This document shows, piece after piece, positions 53,863 to 64,000 of a DNA stretch of 64,000 bases (the first letter of the stretch is position 1; every line of letters starts with the position of its first letter). The translations under genes and the position numbers were made by a program. The notes below the pieces were generated by a model that did no database searches, had not been told where the DNA came from, and worked only from the letters and a program-made list of their open reading frames with translations. Origin of the DNA: Macrostomum lignano (lineage: Eukaryota); the NCBI GenBank assembly GCA_002269645.1, contig NIVC01002619.1, positions 1 to 64,000 of the forward strand, read 5' to 3'.

Positions 53863-55033
53863 TGTTAGGCTTTCTGTTCTCCGGGGTCTTAATTTATCCG
53901 GGGGACACTGCAAAGCAAAATTATTGTCGCTTTGCGATAACCTACCCTGGATAATCCAAGGCACAACAAAATCGGGCTTTGAAATATCCTGGGTCTTAAA
54001 TTGTCCGGGGTGAATAAAGATTGGTGGTCAAGTTATTTACCTGATAAAGCGCATGTGAATGGGGCAGGACATCATTTCGAGAGAATGGGGCTGACTCAGA
54101 GGCCAGGGAAGGGCCCTGACTGCACCTTAGACAGGGGAGGGGCAGATGAGGTGCAGTCTAAGAATAAATCGATAATGGACTGGCGTCACATTGCTAGCAC
54201 TACAAGCGTACGTGCAATGAAGATGAGTGTACGAGCTAATAGCACACAAGGGAAAGTGTTGCGCAAATTACGAGTATATTACACGTAACTTTTAAGATAT
54301 ACAGAGTTTATTTCTTGTCGAAGTTCTAAGTTCAGGAAAATTTATCTCTCGATGGCTAAAGTATCGCTGAACCAAGTGTTCTTTATGTTTTGAACGAGTA
54401 TGTTGAGCTTCCGGAAAATTCCAGTACGAAAGAGAGAGATAATCTAAAAAGAAAAATGAGAGAAAAGAGCAAAAACTTCACGCTTCATTCAGCGGATGGC
54501 CTGTTTTTGATTGATCGAATTACATGTATGAATAGATTGGTGAATCAAGTAACAGTTTTTCGGCTGACAATGTATAGTATCAATAGCTTTAATTTTGCTT
54601 CTGTTTGGAGTGTGAAATGCAAGATAGTGATTGAAAATACACTCGGTTAAATAAGCATGACGCAGATGTTTGCCAATTGAAAAAGTAGCAAAAATGTTTT
54701 CTTACTTTGCCTTTCCTAACCCCGGATATCAGTAGCCGGATGTCCTAAAGCAAACCTCTGTCTCCGCAGACTGACCCCTCTCTTTCAACCTACAGTCGGA
54801 TGTCCTACGACAACTTCCCCTTCTTGTGATCTCCGGGCCGGATAGCAGAGTCAGTGCCGTAGGATGTCCGGGAGAGACATCTCAAAGTGCCCGGACAATG
54901 CAAAGCAGCTCAAGATATCCGGTTAGGAGAAAACAAAGCAGGCTTTTTGCTTGGCAGTATCCGGGCGGATATCGTAAGTGCGTTCGGATATCCGGGCCAG
55001 ACAAAAAAACCCCGGAAAGTCTAAACTGTAACA
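53863..55033 (+). mobile_element. 1.17-kb Ginger-like (TGT...ACA, 4-bp TSD) degenerate DNA transposon
   Basis: Ends are TGTTA.../...TAACA, with GCGG TSD at 53859-53862 and 55034-55037. Inverted subterminal TTAGRCTTTC..CCGGGGT and CCGGA repeats. The internal fragment ELPENSSTKERDNLKRKMREKSKNFTLHSADGLF resembles the N-terminus of GIN/Ginger integrases. It is absent from the paralogous intron. Confidence 0.6.
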
Positions 55034-55289
55034 GCGGAGATAGAGAGGGTACATGCAGAGGGCGGGGGTAGAGGCGGATATAGAGGTTAGAGATGGAGGG
55101 CTGGAGGTAGCTTGTAGTAGGTGTGGGGCAGTGTACATCTGCCTCCATCTCTCCCTCTAATTTCCCCTCTCTGTCTCGCTCACTTGGTCCGGCGTTATAA
55201 CTGCACCGTACAACAGCAAAAACAACAAAAGCAACAAAGACAACAACAAAAAACAACAAAAACAGCAACAACAACAGCAACAACAGCAA

Positions 55290-55533
55290 CTGGTTACGGT
55301 CGAGGCGCTGCAGCTCCGCTGTGTGGCCTCCCGGGTCACAGGCGTCATGAACCGCGTGCTCGTCGGCGCTCCTGCGCCCACCACCGAGTGGACCGTCGCG
55401 CACATCGTGCCGATCCCGAAGAAGGCATTGACAACGCGGAAAGAAGACCACCGCGGGATCTCGCTGATGTCCTGCACCCCGAAGCTCTTCAACCGGCTTC
55501 TGCTCGATCGTCTGCAGTCGGTGCTGGACCGGA
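55290..55533 (+). mobile_element. Non-LTR retrotransposon (LINE, RTE/CR1-like) reverse-transcriptase N-terminal fragment
   Basis: EWTVAHIVPIPKKALTTRKEDHRGISLMSCTPKLFNRLLLDRLQSVLD matches the W..A.I.PIPKK...YRGISL.S...KL motif preceding RT domain 1. Confidence 0.85.
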
Positions 55534-55621
55534 GATAGAGGGGTTAAAAGTGTAAGGGCCGAGGTAGACATAATGAAGGTATAAAACCGAGAAGTCTAAT
55601 TGCACTCTGTAAAACATGAAG

Positions 55622-55805
55622 CGTGGCACACACCCTCAATTACCCCAGCTAATGCTGGCACCCATTTTACAGCTGGGTGAACTGAAGCAATGCAAGAGTT
55701 AAGTGTCTTGCTCAAGAATACAAGTTGTTCTAGTGCGATCGGAAATCGAACCCCCAACCATCAAGTCGTGAGTCCGATGCTCTCACCACTAGGCTACAAA
55801 CCCTC
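55622..55805 (-). mobile_element. tRNA-derived CORE-SINE
   Basis: The minus strand has A-box TAGCCTAGTGG and B-box GGTTCGATTTCC, then the CORE-like CTTGAGCAAGACACTTAACTC...CAGTTCACCCAGCTGTAAAATGGG. A second copy lies at 3722-3838. Confidence 0.8.
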
Positions 55806-56124
55806 ACTCAAAATGAGATCACGCAAGTGTAACTAATGATTTTATATTATCATACTCGAAATTCTATTAATTCTTTTTGAAATTGAAACCACCTGGTGCC
55901 TAAAATAGCGGCTAGAAAGCCTATTTTTATTCCATTTTTATCTGTAGAAGTTTAAGAAAAGAATGTCACTCTGGAAAGTTACTTGGATAAGCTACCTGAG
56001 CCAATTAAATTTATTTATTCTATGAAATATAACTGGAGCCAGAATTAACTGCGCTTACAAAGCTAATGCTAAGCTGCCGGACTAATAGGAACACCTGGAC
56101 TCTACTTCTGCTGTTTCACTCGCA

Positions 56125-58665
56125 ATGGCTTGTTCTCAATGTCGTGTCAGTAGCGGTCATGCTTATTGCACATTGGTGCCTACAATTGACGGCATTATGA
56201 TGGTGGATCCTGGTATGAAACCAGTTATTATTGCATAAAACTATATTCTCATACCGTTACGAACTACATGTAGATAACTCCCGTCCGAACCTCTTTCAAC
56301 TCTCCCGCTACAGAGACTTCGGAGCCGCAATATGTAGAGATTGAAAAAATTACTCCAGCTTCACCTCCGCCGCGACCGCCGAGACACGGAAAAACGTCAC
56401 CTCCGCAACCTCCACCACAACCTCCACCTAAACCTAGACCACAACCTCCACCTAAACCTATACCACAACCTCCACCTAAACCTAAACCACAACCTCCACC
56501 TAAGCCACAACCTCGACCACAACCTCGACCACAACCTCAACCACAACCTCAACCACAACCTCGACCACAACCTCAACCACAACCTCGACCACAACCTCAA
56601 CCACAACCTCGACCACAACCTCAACCACAACCTCGACCACAACTTCCACCACCTACTGCACAACCACATTGGCAAGCATATCCAAAGCGTAACGTCTGTA
56701 AAGGTTTCTGCAACTGCTTCAAAAGCAGAAATTGCGCCTGGTCTTTGGTTGCATTTTTTCTTCATTTGCTGTTGGCCTGTTGTCTGACATTGACCGTAGT
56801 GCTTTTTGGCCCGCTGCGGCTGTTAAAGGATGATGGACTGGTGAGCTGACACTGAAAATGGTAAAAGAATGGGATTTTAGGCGAAAGAAATGAGATTCTG
56901 AGCTGAAAATTCTGCAGATTCTAGATAATAAATTCTGAGATTCGGGGCAGAAAATTCTGTAGATTCTTGGCAGAAAGTTCTGTAGATTCTTGGCAGAAAA
57001 TTCTGTAGATTCTGGGCAGAAAACTCTGTAGATTCTTGGCAGAAAGTTCTGTAGATTCTGGGCAGAAAATTCTGTAGATTCTGGGCAGAAAATTCTGTTA
57101 GACTCAAGGCAGAAAATTCTGTAGATTCTGGGCAGAAAATTCTGTAGCTTCTAGGCAGAAAATTCTGCAAAATTTACTACGATTTAGTCTACGGCAGATT
57201 CATAGTAATGAAGGGATAGATTCGTCATGGAAAATTGAAAAATTCAGGGAAGAATGAAAGGAATATTTAGTGGACGAAAATTAGGATAATTATATAGACA
57301 GACGAAGTTAACTAAAGCTAATCATGTGTTGTTCCTGATTCATTAGTTAGCTAACTATTCAGTAGAAAACTCCCCCACACCAACACGGCGCAGGTACGAG
57401 TATCACAAGAGTGGATCAACTTGTCGTCGAATTTCGAGTCTCCAAGCCTCACGGGTCTTGGCTGTAAGTCCATTTGCCGGGCATATGAATTGCTTACTCA
57501 GCAATTACGTCTATAGTATACAATTATTTTCTTGGCCTGAACTTCCATATTTTCTGGCGTACATTTAGCCAGCAAATTGTTTAACAAAACTGGTCTTTCG
57601 TCAACCGTCAATGTTTGACATAAACACATGAAGCCGCTACTTTGCCAGCGTGCGCGATGTGGTTTTTAACTGTTAGTCTGAATTATACCCGTGCACAAAA
57701 ATTATATTTAGTCATTCAATTCACTGTTTATAGCACACTTACTTGAAGTGCGAAGGTAGAGGAGTGAAGATAGAGGGTGAAGGTAGATGTAGAAGGCGGG
57801 GTAGAGGACAGAGGTATAGAGGGGCGAAGATAGAGAGGGTGTAGTTAGAAGGGCGGAAGTAAAGGGCGGAGGTAGAGAGCGGAGATGGAGGGGGCGGAGA
57901 TAGTGGGGGTGGATGTTGAGGTAGAGGCCGGAGGTAGATGGGGCGGAGATAGTGGGGGTGTAGTTAGAAGGGTGAAGGTAGAGGGCGGAGGTAGAGTGTG
58001 GACTTACGAGCGTAGAGGGGCGGAGGTAGATATAATGAAGGTATAAAATATGAGATGCCCAATTGCACTTTGCAAAACACGAAGCCCGACAGCCGGGAAC
58101 TACAAGCAACTTTTTCAACTGAAGCCAAACTATTTCAGTACAAACTCGCTGCTAAGCCAAACAAAGATTGATTGCTCACCTGCCAATGCCCCAACTTCAG
58201 CCGTGAACTTCGCCGCAATCGACCCGTCTATTAAGATGGTCAAGATTGAAGAGGACGAAAACGGCCAAAGAAGCAAAATACTCATCAAACAGGGTGGTCT
58301 GTTCCGCATCAATTTCAATGTGAGTAGAAGCTCAACCTCACTGAAAGTAGCAGATCTTATTTGATTCTTATCTGATTTATATTTAGTCATTAATTAAAAA
58401 GACCTTATATTTCCAGGTAAATTTTGATTGCAAGAACGGCGTAACTACTGTTCAATCGAGAGTTCAATATTCGACGCCGAAGCATCAGGAGTCCCAAAAA
58501 CTGCACGAGTGCATGCGAAAATGGATTGGTCAGTCAAGCCGCGATTTAATTGTGTGCAGTTTCAGCATAGTTCGTCCACTAACGGTCAATAGTTGGCTGC
58601 AGTTGCAGTTTTCTAGATATAACTGCAAAAATAACTTTACTGTAAGCTTGGAGAGAATGGTTTAA
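56125..58665 (+). CDS. Type II membrane protein, 398 aa: Cys/His N-terminal motif, Pro/Gln-rich cytoplasmic tail, TM helix, C-terminal TNF/C1q-like domain (putative TNF-superfamily ligand)
   Basis: Exons 56125-56212, 56314-56840, 57366-57463, 58085-58319 and 58417-58665 total 1197 nt, all GT-AG, phases 1/0/2/0, no internal stop. TM segment is WSLVAFFLHLLLACCLTLTVVLF, with no signal peptide. ILIKQGGLFRINFNVNF aligns by eye with the TNF-family strand motif (FasL LVINETGLYFVYSKVYF). The gene model is well supported; the family assignment is inference. Confidence 0.75.
56890..57170. repeat. 23-bp minisatellite (same family as 52140-53150) in intron 2 of the TNF-like gene
   Basis: GATTCTGGGCAGAAAATTCTGTA units. 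Confidence 0.9.
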
Positions 58666-58776
58666 CAAATTTTTGCATTCGTGAATTGTGCCATATAAGC
58701 CTTAAAGAGAAATAGATTTACAGCCAGAGTCCCAGTCAGCCAGCCCACTTATCTGCCCACTTATCACTGACTCTTT

Positions 58777-59065
58777 TTAAATTCTAAAGACTTCCTCAGC
58801 CCCGTCTTGCCCCACCCCTCCACTAGAGCGTCTCCTTCCTACCCCCACCGTACATTCATTTAATAGCTGCGTACAAACCCGCCCCTCCTTTTAAAGCGCC
58901 CACCCCAATTTTCTCGTCCTCTCGTCTTTATACCACTTCAAATTCTAAAGATTTTCTCACCCCTGCTTGCTCACCTCCTCACTAGAGCGTCGCCTTCCTA
59001 CCCCTCACTGTACATTCATCCAATGGCTGTGTACAAATCCACCCTCCCCTTAAAGCCCCCCACTA
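58777..59065. repeat. Diverged direct duplication, about 130-160-bp unit
   Basis: AAATTCTAAAGA...ACTAGAGCGTC.CCTTCCTACCCC...GTACATTCAT occurs twice. Confidence 0.7.
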
Positions 59066-59324
59066 ATCTCCTCATCAAATTAGCTATTTAACTCAATTTG
59101 TATTTCATCAGTGTACATTTTTCTCCAGTGAGTGTACTGCTTAAAAATCGTTAATTGTCGACAGTTACTTATGCTTTAGATATCAACTAGCAATCTTCGC
59201 CCCCCGATGGGGGACATCTGGATAGAATCTCTGTTTTCTACAAGTAACAAAAAGACAGCCAAAAATCCTTCAAAAAGACAACAGACAAACTGCTCAAATG
59301 AAGTGCATTGCAAAAAGAAATCAT

Positions 59325-60420
59325 CCCAAGACTGCAAGCATCCCCCAGATAGCAAGCATCCCCAGATAGCAAGCATCCCCAGATAGCAAGCATCCCCCAG
59401 ATTGCAAGCATCCCCCAGATAGCAAGCATCCCCCAGATAGCAAGCATCCCCCAGATAGCAAGCATCCACCCAGATAGCAAGCATCCCCCAGATAGCAAGC
59501 ATCCCCCAGATAGCAAGCATCCCCCAGATAGCAAGCATCCCCCAGATAGCAAGCATCCCCCAGATAGCAAGCATCCCCAAGATAGCAAGCATCCCCCAGA
59601 TAGCAAGCATCCCCCAGATAGCAAGCATCCCCCAGATAGCAAGCATCCCCCAGATAGCAAGCATCCCCAAGATAGCAAGCATCCCCCAGATTGCAAGCAT
59701 CCCCAAGATAGCAAGCATCCCCCAGATAGCAAGCATCCCCCAGATAGCAAGCATCCCCAGATAGCAAGCATCCCCCAGATAGCAAGCATCCCCCAGATAG
59801 CAAGCATCCCCAGATAGCAAGCATCCCCCAGATAGCAAGCATCCCCCAGATAGCAAGCATCCCCAAGATAGCAAGCATCCCCCAGATAGCAAGCATCCCC
59901 AAGATAGCAAGCATCCCCAAGATAGCAAGCATCCCCAAGATAGCAAGCATCCCCCAGATAGCAAGCATCCCCAAGATAGCAAGCATCCCCCAGATTGCAA
60001 GCACCCCCAGATAGCAAGCATTCCTCAGATAGCAAGCATCCCCCAGATAGCAAGCATCCCCAGATAGCAAGCATCCCCAAGATAGCAAGCATCCCCCAGA
60101 TAGCAAGCATCCCCCAGATAGCAAGCATCCCCCAGATAGCAAGCATCCCAAGATAGCAAGCATCCCCAAGATAGCAAGCATCCCCAAGATAGCAAGCATC
60201 CCCCAGATTGCAAGCATCCCCCAGATTGCAAGCATCCCCCAGATAGCAAGCATCCCCAAGATAGCAAGCATCCCTCAGATAGCAAGCATCCCCCAGATAG
60301 CAAGCATCCCCAGATAGCAAGCATCCCCCAGATAGCAAGCATCCCCCAGATAGCAAGCATCCCCAAGATAGCAAGCATCCCCAAGATAGATAGCATCCCC
60401 AAATAGCAAGCATCCACCAG
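59325..60420. repeat. 18-19-bp minisatellite (CAGATAGCAAGCATCCCC[C])
   Basis: About 58 units. It is the source of the GCLLS, MLAIWG and DACYLG ORFs. Confidence 0.96.
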
Positions 60421-60564
60421 ACAATAAGTAGCTAGTGCGACAATTTCCTTAGCATTATAGCGGCTCCTTTAAAATTCGCTTACTTTTACGTTTGAAATTG
60501 TGTATCTTTTATGTTTAACAGGGTGGCTCTTTTATGTTCTACGCTCGTACATGGTAACTCTTTT

Positions 60565-62735
60565 ATGTTTGATACGGTGGCTTTTCAATGTCTGACATAG
60601 TGGCTCTTCTATGTTTGACATGGGGGCTCTTCTATGTTTGACATGGGGGCTCTTCTATGTTTGACATGGGGGCTCTTCTATGTTTGACATGGGGGCTCTT
60701 CTATGTTTGACAAAGTGGCTTTTTAATGTTTGACATGGTGGCTCTATTATGTTTGACATGGTGGCTCTTTAATGTTCGAAATGGTGGCTCTTTAATGTTC
60801 AAAAAGGTGGCTCTTTTATGTTTGACATGGTGGCTCTTTAATGTTTGACATGGTGGCTCTTTAATGTTTGACATGGTGGCTCTTTAATGTTAGACAAAGT
60901 AGCTCTTTAATGTTTGACATGATGGCTCTTCAATGATAGACATGGTGGCTCTTTAATTTTTGACATGGTGGCTCTTTAATGTTGGACATGGTGGCTCTTT
61001 AATGTTAGACATGGTGGCTCTTTAATGTTCGACATAAAGTCACTTATATGTTTGACATGATGGCTCTTTTATGTTTAACATGGTGGCTCTTTAATGTTTG
61101 ACATGGTAGCTCTTTAAAGTTCGACATGGTGGCTCTTTAATGTTCGACATGGTGGCTCTTTACTGTTCGACATGGTGGCTCTTTTATGTTAGACATGGTG
61201 TTGCTTCAATGTTTGACATGGAGTTACGTATATGTTTTACATGGTGGCTCTTTTATGTTCGACGTGGTGGCTCTTTAATGTTTGACATGGGGTCTCTTCA
61301 ATGTTTGACATGGAGTTACGTATATGTTTGACATGGTGGCTCTTTAATGTTTTACATGGTGGCACTTTCATGTTTGACCTGGTGGCTCTTAAATGTTTGA
61401 CATGGTGGCTCTTGATTGTTCGACATAGAGTCATGTATATGTTTGCCATGGTGGCTCTTTAATGTTAGACCTGGTGGCTCTTTTATGTTTTGCATGGTGG
61501 CTCTTTTATGTTCGACATGGTGTCTCTTCAATGTTTGACATGGAGTCATGTATATGTTTGACATGGTGGCTCTTGTATTTTTAACACGTTGGCTCTTTAA
61601 TGTTCGACATGGTGGCTCTTTAATGTCTAACATGGAGTCACGTATATGTTTGACATGGAGTCATGTATATGTCTGATATGGTAGCTCTTTAATGTTTTAC
61701 ATGGAGTTACCTATATGTTTCACATGGTGGCTATTTTATGTTTGACATCATGGTGGTTCTTAAATGTTCGACATGGTGGCTCTTTAATGTTTTACATGGT
61801 GGCTCTTTAATATTTGACATGGTGGCCCTTTTATGTTCTACACGGTGGCTCTTTAATGTTTGACATGGAGTCATGTATATGTTTGACCTGGTGGCTCTTT
61901 AATGTTTGACATGGTGGCTCTTTAATGTTTTATATGGTGGCACTTTTATGTTTGACCTGGTGGCTCTTTAATGTTTGACATGGTGGCTTTTTAATATTTG
62001 ACATGGTGGCACTTTCATGTTTGACCTGGTGGGTCTTTAATGTTTGACATGGTACCTCTTTTATGTTCGACATGGTGGCTCTTTAATGTTTTACATGGTG
62101 GCTCTTTAATGTTTGACATGGTGACTCTTTTATGTTCTACATGGTGGCTCTTTTATGTTCGACATGGTGGCTCTTTAATGTTTGATAAGGTGGCTCTTTA
62201 ATGTTTAAAATGGTGGCTCTTTAATTTTCGAAATGGTGGCTGTTTTATGTTTGACATGGTGGCTCTTTAATGTTCGACATGGTGGCTCTTTAATGTTCTT
62301 AATGGTGTCTGTTTTATGTTTGACATGGCGGCTCTTTAATGTTTGACATGGTAACTCTTTTAGGTTTGAAATGGTGTCTCTTTAATGTTTGACATGGTGG
62401 CTTTTTAATGTTTGACATGGTGGCTTTTTATTGTTCGACATGGTGGCTCTTTTAGGTTTGAAATGGTGGCTCTTTAATGTTTGACATTGTGGCTCTTTAA
62501 TGTTCGACATGGTGGCTCTTTAATGTTTGACATGGTAACTCTTTTATGTTTGATATGGTGGCTCTTTTATGTTCGACATGGTGGCTCTTTAATGTTCGAC
62601 ATGGTGGCTCTTTTAGGTTTGAAATGGTGGCTCTTTAATGTTTGACATTGTGGCTCTTTAATGTTTGAAATGGTGGCTCTTTAATGTTTGACATTGTGGC
62701 TCTTTAATGTTTGAAATGGTGGCTCTTTAATGTTT
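60565..62735. repeat. 23-bp degenerate minisatellite (TTTGACATGGTGGCTCTTTAATG)
   Basis: About 90 units. Confidence 0.95.
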
Positions 62736-63149
62736 AGAATTTTGTGTTTTTAAGGTGTTTTAATAAAAAAAACATTTTTCACTACTAAGATTCGAACCAA
62801 GGTCGCTACATTAGCATTCCAGTCTGTTTGCATCCAGCTATCTCTTTTCAATTGGAGAACTTGAATTGTGGCCCTATAATAAATTCTTATAGCAAGTCAG
62901 TTAGAGTAAAAAGTTATGACATAATCAATTTCTCAGTCAGCCAGTATCAGTCTGAATTCAAGTTAGCAATATGGTTACGCAATTTCAATGAAGTCTTGTG
63001 TGCGTTTCTGTGGCACTGTTTTCAACTTGTTGTGATGCAATCTTTATCACAATCGTAATTCAGCCAGTCAGTTTTTTCTCTAGCATTCTTACAATTCATT
63101 TCAAGTCAAAAATTTGGCTTGACCTTTGCAAAAAAGCATGTTTTTCGAA

Positions 63150-63320
63150 TATTTAATCCCTTTAACATTGAGCAATTTCTTAGCCAAGATGCATGTACCG
63201 TCCCAGGAAAATTTCTGATCGAATGGTGCAAGTTTGAAGAAAATCGGTTGAGCCATTTTTTCTGAAATCTATCGCATAGCTAGTTAGTTACAGACATTTC
63301 ATTTTTAGTATATAGGAAGT
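63150..63320 (+). mobile_element. Possible Helitron/Helentron-derived non-autonomous element end
   Basis: GTGCAAGTTTGAAGAAAATCGGTTGAGCCATTTT...TTACAGACATTTCATTTTTAGTATATAGG resembles the 3' ends of common invertebrate Helitron-type MITEs. This is recognition by eye only. Confidence 0.35.
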
Positions 63321-64000
63321 GCTTATCAATTAACACTTTATAGTTAACATTAACAATGTCCATGTCCTACCCGTTTTGCCTGCTGAGTTTTATTGACCAT
63401 GCTTGTATATAACAGGCGCTTGTATTTTTCATCATGCAGGTATTCGTGAAATGAACTCAGTTCAGAGCGCGTTAAATTCCTAAATATCATTTTGTGCTTA
63501 ATTTTTGCAGTAAAATATTTTTGTACACACAATTGGCTTTCATTCATGTTTTGAGCTACTTTGAGTAGGTTAATTCTGTTTACCGCTAAAATCATCTGAA
63601 TACATCTAAATACATTTTGTAACTGCTTGTTGTTGTTTAAATTTATTTTTTCTCAAGGCGTTTGTTACCTTATCATTATCTCAATGGCGCAATTGTGTCA
63701 TGGAAAAGTACAATTATAGAATCATTATCATGAATCTTGTAGCAGCAGCCAAAACACGTGATCCAATGGTTACTAAGCAAGTATTGCATTGGAGTGAATC
63801 ATCCAAACCCGATAGCCCAAAAGCAGCGCATAGTTTACATTCGAAAGATTTGAAAATACAGTGTGGCATCGAAACGGAGTTATAAAAACCGAAAATAGCT
63901 TCTTTAAATACTTGGTAAGCTTTTTGGCATCCTTGGCAGTAGTTTCTTATCTAGCCCAACAGATCAAAGCAAACGTTGGCAGCAAGACTTTGCAAATTGG

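Larger units (their letters stand above)
51561..55622 (+). pseudogene. Truncated tandem paralog of the TNF-like gene at 56125
   Basis: Exon homologs are 51561-51645, 51749-52046 (298 nt, -1 frameshift at about 51811) and 53389-53486 (compensating indels, TGG>TGA at 53482). The exon 4 acceptor homolog ends at 55621 and is immediately followed by a SINE. No exon 4/5 sequence follows. Confidence 0.8.

Noticed and set aside
56341-56787. His-rich NLDHNL ORF as the real product (also 51646-51993)
   Set aside because: The -1 frame gives the Pro/Gln tail, Cys cluster and TM helix and fits the splice phases. The listed frame is a shadow.
52127-61633. QNLPNFLPR, GCLLSG, MLAIWG and similar ORFs
   Set aside because: Tandem-repeat artefacts.
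6475-62735. Palindromic 20-40-bp repeats as CRISPR arrays
   Set aside because: Units are head-to-tail with no unique spacers, there are no cas genes, and the context is eukaryotic and intron-containing.

Overview
This is eukaryotic (metazoan) genomic DNA with GC-rich exons, AT-rich intergenic DNA and an extreme load of tandem repeats. The style is reminiscent of free-living flatworms such as Macrostomum, but that is inference only. Gene models were assembled by hand from splice sites with phase checks. (1) A secreted PAN/Apple + LamG-like protein (minus, 2823-4277) carries a 1-nt frameshift and has a decayed paralog just upstream. (2) TTC39 (minus, 8 coding exons, 637 aa). (3) AP-1 mu subunit AP1M1 (plus, 6 exons, 422 aa). 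(4) CHMP7 (plus, 5 exons, about 509 aa). (5) A 5-exon, 398-aa type II membrane protein (56125-58665) that the ORF track largely misses. It has a Cys/His N-terminal motif, a long Pro/Gln-rich cytoplasmic tail, one TM helix and a C-terminal TNF/C1q-like jelly-roll, which is a Fas-ligand-like architecture. It is preceded by a truncated, TE-invaded tandem pseudogene copy. Almost every large intron is filled by its own private minisatellite. The arrays flanking TTC39 exon 7 are inverted relatives of each other. Most 3' splice sites are A/C-rich rather than U-rich. Mobile DNA includes CORE-SINEs, nested TIR elements with clear TSDs (Merlin-like, hAT-like, P-like, Ginger-like), a LINE RT fragment and many TACATGTA footprints. 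Nearly all long ORFs in the supplied track are repeat artefacts.
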